A stretch of DNA of 31,705 nt. It comes from a virus (Duplodnaviria > Caudoviricetes). A program made the translations under genes and the position numbers. The notes under the pieces were generated by a model. That model saw only the letters and a program-made list of their open reading frames with translations, searched no databases and was not told the DNA's origin. The stretch is taken from IMG/VR virus record IMGVR_UViG_3300032321_000283, positions 1-31,705 of that record. The stretch is one strand, 5' to 3'. This document shows positions 15,183-22,672 of the stretch, piece after piece; position 1 is the first letter of the stretch, and every line of letters starts with the position of its first letter.

Positions 15183-15579
15183 CACCGAACTGCTGATGCA
15201 CCTCGCCGCCAACCTGGTGCGCGAGTACCCCAACGGTGTGAGCACGGTCGACATGCATCTACGCATGGCGATCTCGCTTGACAAGGCCCGCAAGATTCTG
15301 TGCTTTGCCCGCAAGGCGTCCCTGTTGGGCGTGGCTGGCTCCGGCGTCACTGCGCGATGGGCATCGCCTGAGCGAGCGGCAGAGCTAGACGCTGGGCGCT
15401 GGACGAAGCGCAAGCTACAGCACAAGGCGTGCAGGGACCGTAGGACAGCGAGGCTAGCAGAGCGCCAGGCTTCGTCAGAACTGGCGCCTAGACGGGTAGC
15501 CAAGCCTTTCAAACTTCATGCGCCCAACAGCGTGTGGCAACTAGCGGACTTTCCATGCGACCAACTAAAGCAGCGATAG
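15169..15579 (+). CDS. Hypothetical basic protein, possible winged helix
   Basis: 136 aa; PNSVWQL near the C-terminus. Confidence 0.55.
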   Translation: MMHTDTELLMHLAANLVREYPNGVSTVDMHLRMAISLDKARKILCFARKASLLGVAGSGVTARWASPERAAELDAGRWTKRKLQHKACRDRRTARLAERQASSELAPRRVAKPFKLHAPNSVWQLADFPCDQLKQR

Positions 15580-15776
15580 ACGCCATCCGCGAGGCCTACA
15601 TGGCTGACGTTCTGACGATCAGAGCGCACATCCTGGCGCTCAATGATCCGCACCTAGAAGATGCCTGGGCCGGAATCGAGACGTTCGCTGCGGTGGCGCT
15701 GCGGGTGATGGCGAAGACCAACCCGTCGAAGCTCAAGAGCGAGATGGTGACTGTGGGTATCTCGGCGCTGTTATGA
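15555..15776 (+). CDS. Hypothetical protein
   Basis: MRPTKAAIDAIREAYMADV...; ATGA coupling to the next gene. Confidence 0.55.
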   Translation: MRPTKAAIDAIREAYMADVLTIRAHILALNDPHLEDAWAGIETFAAVALRVMAKTNPSKLKSEMVTVGISALL

Positions 15777-16216
15777 AAATTGCTCCGATATCGCTCAAGT
15801 TGGCGCAGGAGTATGTGCGCGAGCATCACCGGCACAACAAGCCCCCGATTGGCCACAAGTTCAGTGTTGGCCTGTTTGTCGATGACGTTCTTGTGGGCAC
15901 GGCAACCGCTGGCCGTCCAGTGGCGCGGATGTTGGACGATGGGCTGACGCTGGAGGTGACGCGCACTTGCACCGATGGGACGCGCAACGCCAACTCAAAA
16001 CTGTATGGCGCCATCTGCCGCGCAGCTACTGCGCTCGGCTATGCAAAGTGCGTGACGTACACACAACACGATGAGTCTGGCGCGTCGTTGCGCGGCGCTG
16101 GTTGGGCAGTTGCCGCCCAACTTCCGGCCCGAAAGGGTTGGGATGCGCCAAGTCGGAAACGCTCCGACATAGGGTCGGGTGATGTTGCGCGTATCCGCTG
16201 GGAGCGGGTGCTATGA
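15773..16216 (+). CDS. XF1762-family / Mom-like GNAT-fold protein
   Basis: HHRH...GRPVAR...LEVTRTC...NANSKLYG...TYTQHDESGASLRGAGW. Confidence 0.7.
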   Translation: MKIAPISLKLAQEYVREHHRHNKPPIGHKFSVGLFVDDVLVGTATAGRPVARMLDDGLTLEVTRTCTDGTRNANSKLYGAICRAATALGYAKCVTYTQHDESGASLRGAGWAVAAQLPARKGWDAPSRKRSDIGSGDVARIRWERVL

Positions 16217-16447
16217 ACGATCAACCTTGCCGTCAAGTTTGTCAAAGATGCGCCCCAGCAGGTCGCGAATCTCTTTGAGGTCTGACCTGTAATCATCGCG
16301 GGTGACGTAGGTCTTGGGTAGCTCGACCGATAGCCTCGCTAGGTCGCTTCTCAACTCCTTGACCGCCGTCCAGAGTTCTCTGGCGAACCACCCGGTGACG
16401 GTACAGACGGCGCCGAGTGCGGAGTTAATAAGCGACTGGGAATCCAT
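16211..16447 (-). CDS. Small membrane-anchored coiled-coil protein (holin-like)
   Basis: N-terminal hydrophobic segment (LINSALGAVCTVTGWF) followed by LPKTYVTRDDY...IFDKLDGKVD. Confidence 0.65.
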   Translation of the reverse strand: MDSQSLINSALGAVCTVTGWFARELWTAVKELRSDLARLSVELPKTYVTRDDYRSDLKEIRDLLGRIFDKLDGKVDRS

Positions 16448-16710
16448 CAGATCATCCTTGCAAGCAGTGGCACCGCCCCGCCGGCGCAGGTTGCTAGGGC
16501 ATCGAAGAATTCTACACCGTGCGTGGGCATCAGGCCCGCTCTGACGGCCCGCATGTTGGAGAGCTTGTCCAGCGCCTCCTTGCCCACTGCGGCCAGCAAT
16601 ACCAGGCCGTAGGCGGCGTCAGGGCGGCGCAGGATGGCCAGGGCAGCCAGGAAAATCAAGCTGCCGTAGAAGAAGTGGTTGGCTTTGTCTTGGGGTAGTT
16701 GGGGCATCAT
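16447..16710 (-). CDS. Membrane protein with DKxxH motif (VanZ-like)
   Basis: DKANHFFYG...GKEALD...DALAT; two to three hydrophobic segments. Confidence 0.55.
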   Translation of the reverse strand: MMPQLPQDKANHFFYGSLIFLAALAILRRPDAAYGLVLLAAVGKEALDKLSNMRAVRAGLMPTHGVEFFDALATCAGGAVPLLARMI

Positions 16711-19058
16711 GGCGTTGGCCCGCCAAATGGCGGTGCTTCCTGCGGCTTGGTGTAGTTGATGAACTCGTTGATCTTTGTGGTTTTCTTGGCGGCTTGGCGC
16801 TTGCCGTATAGATGCTTGGCCACCATTGCCACCGGCACAGGAATTCCGGTTGTTGCGGCCTGTACACCCATTTCTGTCATTGCCGCCAACATGGTGGACG
16901 CCGTGCCAGATGGATTGGTTGTCCCCTGCGGGACAGTCAGCACATCCTTGGCCACATCATTGATTGTGCGGTACTTGTCCGCTAGCTCTTTGCCAAAAAT
17001 GTAGTCCAGCTTTCCGCTGCGGTCCAGATCGGTGACGATGGAATTCAGCTTGTGCGAGCTGACGTAGGGCAGACCATTGATATCCTTGGTGACGCTTTTG
17101 GTGGCCTCGTCGCGGATCTTCTGCGCCACAAATCCGCGCAACTCGTTGACCATCTGCTGGCCCTGGGGGCCGGCTTTGTTCAACGAGGTGAATAGCTGTT
17201 CCACGTCCGAGCGCGGACCCTTGAGCATGGACTTCTCAACCAAATCCTCAATGGCAACCGCCCGCTGGGTTTTGCCAGGCTTCATCGCCAGGATGTTTTT
17301 GATGACCGGCGTGTTCTCAAACTCGCGCATGTAATCGGCATTGAGCTTGCGTGCCTGCTGGTACAGCGGGCCACCCTTGCCCTCGGTAGCCTTGTCAATC
17401 ATCTTGATGACCTGGCGCCCGTAGTACGCATTCGGCGCTGAGTCTTGCGCCAGCGTGCCGGTCATCTTGCGGATTTCCTCAAGGTCATTGACCGAGATGG
17501 TGGTCTTGCCTTCGGTCAATGCTTTGAGCTTGGCTTCTACGCTCTTGAGGACTGGCGCATTGATAGCCTCGGCTTGGTGGTCTTTGAGGTAGTTGCGAAA
17601 GACCGCCACATCCACCGGCTCGGCCATTTGCCCAGCTGCTCGAGCGGCGTCGTATGCTGGGGCGATTGCGCCCTTGATGCCCGCTTGGTAAGGCGTCACA
17701 ACATCGGTTAGCGCCTTGCCCAGCTCGCCAGCCCCAACGCCGGTGAGCTCGGCGCCAGTCTTGTTGATGTGAATGTCCAAGTTGTTGATGAGCTTGGCAT
17801 TGTCGCTGGCGTACTTTTCTTGCAGCGCCTGGCCAAAGACCGGGTCTTTCGCCGTCTCGCGAGCAAAGCGAACGTCCGCCGGGTTGCGGGTTGCCTGGTC
17901 TTTGGACAGGGCGATCGGATCGTAGAGTTGCTGCGCCTGCGCAACCCGCCCAGTCTCTGTATCAACCGCAGCAGCGCCGACTGATTGGCGACCGCCAGGC
18001 TGCGCAGCTGGGACAGCCGCCATTGCGGGAGTGGCCGCAGGCACAACGGCGCCAGGCACCGCCGGATCCGCAGCAACGCCGCCAGCCCTCTGTGCTCGGA
18101 TGGCATCCGAGGTGGCTTGCATTTTGTTTTCAAATTGGGTGCGCAGCGCCTCGGCGGTGGCCGAGAAATCTTGCCCGACTGCACCGCCGGCCTTGGCTGC
18201 TTTGGCAGCTGCCTTGGCGCCAGCGCCAAGTGCCTTGGCGGCAGGCCCGATAGCGCCAACAGCATTCAGCGGGTTGAGAAGGATTTCAGACGCGGTGGCC
18301 AGCGCAGGCGATCCCGTCTTCTCCAGCGTGTATTGCCCGATGGCTTCGGCGGGAATATTGAGCTTGCCCATCACATCGGCGGTGGCCTTGAGGTATCTTT
18401 GACCTTCTGGCGTGCTAGGCTGGAGCTTCTCGGTCAGGAACTTATGAGTTTCCTCAACCGCCTTGGCGGCTTTTGCCGGGTCTTGCGTGGTCGCCAGTTC
18501 GTACAGGCCGCGCAGGCCCGCCGGTATTTGCGCCAGCAAGCCGCCGCCAACAGCGCTTACGGTCTCCAGGCCGCCGGCAAGGCCGCCAAGGGTGGATTCC
18601 GTCAGGGCTCCGATCTTGCTCTTTGGTGCGGCTGGTGCAGCGGTTACTGGAGCAGCGGCGGGCGCTGGGGCCGGGGCTTGGGGTTGGGCACTTGAGGCCG
18701 GAGCGCCAGACAGAAATGCTTCCAAGGAATCGCCAGATGGGGCGGCCTGCGCGACTCCTGCGGGCGCCGAAGCCGAAATTGAGCGAGTCGCCGGCCCGGA
18801 TGCGCCCAATCTTTGCTGAAGATCAGCAATATAAGTTTGAGCATTTGCCAAATCTTGAGGATTTTTAATATTTGGCAAATCTTTTTGCGTTTTACTTATT
18901 TCTAAATTTAGATAATCTGAATCCATGGCCGGAAAAACGCCCATAGTTCTTTTTATAATTGTGGATTCTGATTGCCTTGGTTGTGATGCGCTGCGCGTTG
19001 GTACAGCCGTCGGAGCCGCCGCAGCGCCGCCGCTAAGAAATTGCTCAAGATCATCCAT
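16707..19058 (-). CDS. Large DNA ejection / internal virion protein (P22 gp16 position)
   Basis: 783 aa, Ala-rich and helical; third of three genes after the tail module. Confidence 0.65.
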   Translation of the reverse strand: MDDLEQFLSGGAAAAPTAVPTRSASQPRQSESTIIKRTMGVFPAMDSDYLNLEISKTQKDLPNIKNPQDLANAQTYIADLQQRLGASGPATRSISASAPAGVAQAAPSGDSLEAFLSGAPASSAQPQAPAPAPAAAPVTAAPAAPKSKIGALTESTLGGLAGGLETVSAVGGGLLAQIPAGLRGLYELATTQDPAKAAKAVEETHKFLTEKLQPSTPEGQRYLKATADVMGKLNIPAEAIGQYTLEKTGSPALATASEILLNPLNAVGAIGPAAKALGAGAKAAAKAAKAGGAVGQDFSATAEALRTQFENKMQATSDAIRAQRAGGVAADPAVPGAVVPAATPAMAAVPAAQPGGRQSVGAAAVDTETGRVAQAQQLYDPIALSKDQATRNPADVRFARETAKDPVFGQALQEKYASDNAKLINNLDIHINKTGAELTGVGAGELGKALTDVVTPYQAGIKGAIAPAYDAARAAGQMAEPVDVAVFRNYLKDHQAEAINAPVLKSVEAKLKALTEGKTTISVNDLEEIRKMTGTLAQDSAPNAYYGRQVIKMIDKATEGKGGPLYQQARKLNADYMREFENTPVIKNILAMKPGKTQRAVAIEDLVEKSMLKGPRSDVEQLFTSLNKAGPQGQQMVNELRGFVAQKIRDEATKSVTKDINGLPYVSSHKLNSIVTDLDRSGKLDYIFGKELADKYRTINDVAKDVLTVPQGTTNPSGTASTMLAAMTEMGVQAATTGIPVPVAMVAKHLYGKRQAAKKTTKINEFINYTKPQEAPPFGGPTP

Positions 19059-20479
19059 TACAGGCTTCCCGTCTCGGATAATTTCTTCAAGTTTCTGTAT
19101 TTATCAAGAAACTCTTTTCTATCGGAAAGATTAGGGAATAATTTATTATATTCCTTTTCTCTTTCTTTTGGATCAGTAATTTCTTTGGAAATATTCATCG
19201 CCTCAAATACTTTAGAATCAGCATTTTTAGACCAGTCTTGCTTAAACTTGTTCATATTGTTATCGCCAAATTGCTGCTTAAATCTTTGCGCAGCAGTGGC
19301 TTGCATATCAATATTGGTCAGGTCGGCTTTATTTCTGCGGACAATTTTTATCAAAACATCTGGCGGGTATGTTTCGTCGCCATTTGCATACTTTTGTAGG
19401 CTTTGACCAGCAACAGTATCCATTGAACCGCCAAGAGCTTTCAGGTTTCCAATCTGCACATTTGCAAGGTCTTTGCTTAATTCTATGTAAGTTGGATCGC
19501 CAGCCCATCCTGATATTTTTCTTCTAATTGCTCCCGCCACCCCAGACGTTGGCAAAAAACCTTGTTCCAATTCTTTTGCTTTTGCTTCAACTTCATTCAT
19601 GCTGCGCTTGGCCGAAGTCATTTCTGACTGCCTAGCAATCAATCCTTCGCGGTACGTTTGGCCTTTTGTGGCGTCCGCCAACTCGCTTGGCTCGGGTATG
19701 TATTGCTGAGCAGCGCTTCTGACTGGATACGGCAAAGGAGCGCCAGTCATTTGCTGGGCAGTGACGCCACCAGCTTGAGGTGCTGCTGCTGTGCCAACGC
19801 CGCCAGCCGTGCCGACTTTAACCGTTTGCGTGCCTATGCCTGGAGTGAAAACAACCGTGCGCCCTTCAGGCGTAACTTGGGTAGTAGTACGATAAGAATC
19901 AACTTGTGCAGAATCAGTCAAACCAGCCGTATGGCGTTGGATAAGAAAATCGCGCAGGCCGGCAGGGTTTTTCTTTGCCGCTTCAATGTAAGGCGCAATC
20001 AAGTTACCGGCGTCGGTAGGGCTAACACCAGATGCTTTTGCCTGTTGTTGTCCCCAATTGTTGATGTAGTCAACCAATTGAGCATTATCAACTTGGTTGC
20101 CGGCTGCGGCATTCAAAATTATTGGATCGTTGATTGCGCCAACATAACCGTTGGCAATGGCTTTGGCTTTGTTGGTTTGCAGGTTGAGAGCGGCTGATGC
20201 GGCGCCAGTTGCTGCCGTTTCGGCCTCGCTTCCTGCCCGAGCAATCCTTGGCGCTGCTGTTTGCGTAGCAACCCGAGATTCTGCTTCTTTTTGCGCCAAC
20301 TCCAACGGATTGACAGCCGCAGCCTGCTCCACCTGCATCTGCTTGGCCCGCAGCTCAAGCGGGTTCATTTGCTGTTCTTGCTGATATGCCTGCGCTCCAC
20401 GCGCCATGGTGAGCATGTCCGCCAGGGACGATTGCCGGACGGGTTGAACTTGCGGGACGGTAAAGTTGTATTCGGGCAT
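19058..20479 (-). CDS. DNA ejection protein (P22 gp20 position)
   Basis: 473 aa, Gln/Ala-rich; synteny. Confidence 0.6.
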   Translation of the reverse strand: MPEYNFTVPQVQPVRQSSLADMLTMARGAQAYQQEQQMNPLELRAKQMQVEQAAAVNPLELAQKEAESRVATQTAAPRIARAGSEAETAATGAASAALNLQTNKAKAIANGYVGAINDPIILNAAAGNQVDNAQLVDYINNWGQQQAKASGVSPTDAGNLIAPYIEAAKKNPAGLRDFLIQRHTAGLTDSAQVDSYRTTTQVTPEGRTVVFTPGIGTQTVKVGTAGGVGTAAAPQAGGVTAQQMTGAPLPYPVRSAAQQYIPEPSELADATKGQTYREGLIARQSEMTSAKRSMNEVEAKAKELEQGFLPTSGVAGAIRRKISGWAGDPTYIELSKDLANVQIGNLKALGGSMDTVAGQSLQKYANGDETYPPDVLIKIVRRNKADLTNIDMQATAAQRFKQQFGDNNMNKFKQDWSKNADSKVFEAMNISKEITDPKEREKEYNKLFPNLSDRKEFLDKYRNLKKLSETGSL

Positions 20480-20482
20480 GGT

Positions 20483-21310
20483 TTAGCTTCCTGGCGGAAT
20501 GTAGGCTGATGGATTGTTCATGCCTGCGCCACCGCCGCCTGGCACGCTGCCGAACCCGCCGTAATATTGATAAGTGTCTGGCGTTGCTACGCCGCCACCC
20601 GGCTTCATCAGACTAGCCAAGTACCCAGCATTCCCAATCCCTTGCAGCCCGCCAGCCATTGCATTGGCCGCGCCAACCGCGCCGCCCGCTTGTGCACCAG
20701 CTGCGCCAACACCAAGCTGGCCCATGGCGTTGGTGGCTCCGATGCCCGCCGCGTTGGTTGCTGATTGCCCTGCCTGGCCAATGCCAGCGATCCCGGCGAG
20801 CCGGTTGTAGATGTTGGTCTGCTGGCCTTGGAAGTTGTTAAATGCATTCTGGTATGCATTGGAAGCGTAGTCTTCGGCAAACTTGGTGCCGGCCCGGTTG
20901 ATGTTGCTTCCGCCGCCGCCGACATTCATGGCCTGATTCTGAGCGCCAAGGCCTTGCTCAAGCATGAATTGATAGTTGGGCGCTAAGCTGCTTTTGAGCT
21001 GCTCAGGGCCAAACTGCTGCGTCAGGTAGCCGGTGCCCTGGGTCGTGCCGGTCACATTGCCCTGGGCGTCGTACTGCTGCTGCTGGCCTGGCAGCATCCC
21101 GGCAATCTGACTGAGTGCCGAATAGCCTGCGCCTCGATACGGCGCTTGCTGGGCGTTGATGCGGTCTAGGTTGGCCTGCTGTTGGGCTTGGGCTGCTGCT
21201 GCGGCGTCGGCTTGTAGGCGGGCGCCATATTGAGACGCATTGGCCTGCTGGCTTGCTCCTGCAAAACCTAGCAGGGCTGACCCGCCAATTGCTGCTGCTA
21301 CCCAAGTCAT
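20483..21310 (-). CDS. DNA transfer/ejection protein (P22 gp7-like)
   Basis: Hydrophobic N-terminus (WVAAAIGGSALLG), QAPYRGAG, PNYQF and a Gly/Ala/Gln-rich body. Confidence 0.75.
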   Translation of the reverse strand: MTWVAAAIGGSALLGFAGASQQANASQYGARLQADAAAAAQAQQQANLDRINAQQAPYRGAGYSALSQIAGMLPGQQQQYDAQGNVTGTTQGTGYLTQQFGPEQLKSSLAPNYQFMLEQGLGAQNQAMNVGGGGSNINRAGTKFAEDYASNAYQNAFNNFQGQQTNIYNRLAGIAGIGQAGQSATNAAGIGATNAMGQLGVGAAGAQAGGAVGAANAMAGGLQGIGNAGYLASLMKPGGGVATPDTYQYYGGFGSVPGGGGAGMNNPSAYIPPGS

Positions 21311-21753
21311 GTCAAAACCCCCATCTTCAATTTGTTGCTGGCGTCAAACAGGGCCAGGTCATTCGGCTCAATCAACTCTGCCTCAATTTCGTCCAGATCG
21401 GTCTTGTCGGTGCGGTGGATCGTGATCCCGATTGCGTCCGTGATTGCCATCGTCACTCGCTTGGTGCCTGGCAGCGATTGGATTACGTCCCCGGCGTGCA
21501 TGTGGCGCATTCCCGTTTCGCTCCACGCCATTATCTCGCCTTTGGCGCACAAGAACAGGTGTGGCTTGAGGTGAGTCTTGCCAACGATGATCGTCCCAGC
21601 CGCCCGCGCTACCTTGCGGCAATACATGCCTTCGGAGAAATAGTGCTCCGTCTCAAGCTCAACTTGAGGCATGGCGAGCATCTCCGTCTCCAACCGCTGG
21701 ATCTGCTCCAGCGTCGGAGGCTCGGGGCGGTCGGTTATCTCTAGCATTTCCAC
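21307..21753 (-). CDS. Cupin-like protein
   Basis: HYFSEGMYCR...GKTH...H...PGTKRV...TIH, a double-stranded beta-helix pattern; the start may be ATG 21747. Confidence 0.6.
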   Translation of the reverse strand: MEMLEITDRPEPPTLEQIQRLETEMLAMPQVELETEHYFSEGMYCRKVARAAGTIIVGKTHLKPHLFLCAKGEIMAWSETGMRHMHAGDVIQSLPGTKRVTMAITDAIGITIHRTDKTDLDEIEAELIEPNDLALFDASNKLKMGVLT

Positions 21754-21779
21754 TTCTTCAGCGCCAGCGCCTTGCGGGC

Positions 21780-22661
21780 TTATGCGGCGGTGGTAACCGC
21801 TGTCCAGGTGGTTGATCCGTTGGTGTTGACGTACATCCGGGTGCTGGTGCTGCTGCCGTCCGAGCGCAGGTAGAGCGAGCCTTGAGCAGCGGACACCGTA
21901 GGCGCACCAGACCCGTAGAAGATACCGAAGTTGGCGGTGCTGGAGAAGTTCAGCGCTTGCGTCGTAGACCCGCCGGCAGGGATCGCCGAGAGCTGGTTGA
22001 CCTTGACGTTGGCGTAGACGTTCAGTGTGCCGTCAGGATCAATCAACATCCGGGTAGATGCGTTGATTGCGCCTGTCGGCGTGGTGCTGAAACCGAGGCT
22101 TGTCGGCATGCTAGTCAAAGACGCAACGCCTGCAATTTTGGCGTACACCAGGCCGGTAGTACAGACCGCAGCACCGTTGGTGCCACAGAAAGCCAAAGAC
22201 CCCAGATCGTCCCCGTTGATTACCAAGTCAAACGCGGTGGAGGTTGTGCCTCTTGACTTGACAAACAAATACGTTGCCGCCGTAGTATTTGCCGAGTACT
22301 GCCACTGGAAAGCGTTGGAAGAACCGTTGGCCGCAGTGCCGTACAACTGCGAGCCGTAGGCGTAGATGCTGGTCGCTGGGCCATTGACCAGAATCTTGCT
22401 GCTGACGTTGGCTTGGGTAAACGATCCGGCAGCGGCTGTAGTAGCGCCGACCGTCCCGTTGATGTTGAACGCAGTCGCCGTGCCGGTGATGTTCGTGCCG
22501 ACAAGAGTTGTTGGCGTCCCTAGGTCAGGCGTCACCAGCGCGGGGCTGGTAAACAGTTGCGTGACGGTCGCTTTGTTCGTGACCCCACTCTGGACAATAG
22601 GCAGCAGGTTTGCGCCAGCTACTGCTGATGCAACGGGGAGGTCAGAGATTTTCGTGCCCAT
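21780..22661 (-). CDS. Tail fibre/accessory virion protein
   Basis: KISDLP N-terminus; C-terminal GSGAPTVSAAQGSLYLRSDG; Thr/Gly/Ser-rich. Confidence 0.6.
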   Translation of the reverse strand: MGTKISDLPVASAVAGANLLPIVQSGVTNKATVTQLFTSPALVTPDLGTPTTLVGTNITGTATAFNINGTVGATTAAAGSFTQANVSSKILVNGPATSIYAYGSQLYGTAANGSSNAFQWQYSANTTAATYLFVKSRGTTSTAFDLVINGDDLGSLAFCGTNGAAVCTTGLVYAKIAGVASLTSMPTSLGFSTTPTGAINASTRMLIDPDGTLNVYANVKVNQLSAIPAGGSTTQALNFSSTANFGIFYGSGAPTVSAAQGSLYLRSDGSSTSTRMYVNTNGSTTWTAVTTAA

Positions 22662-22672
22662 GATGAGGCTCC

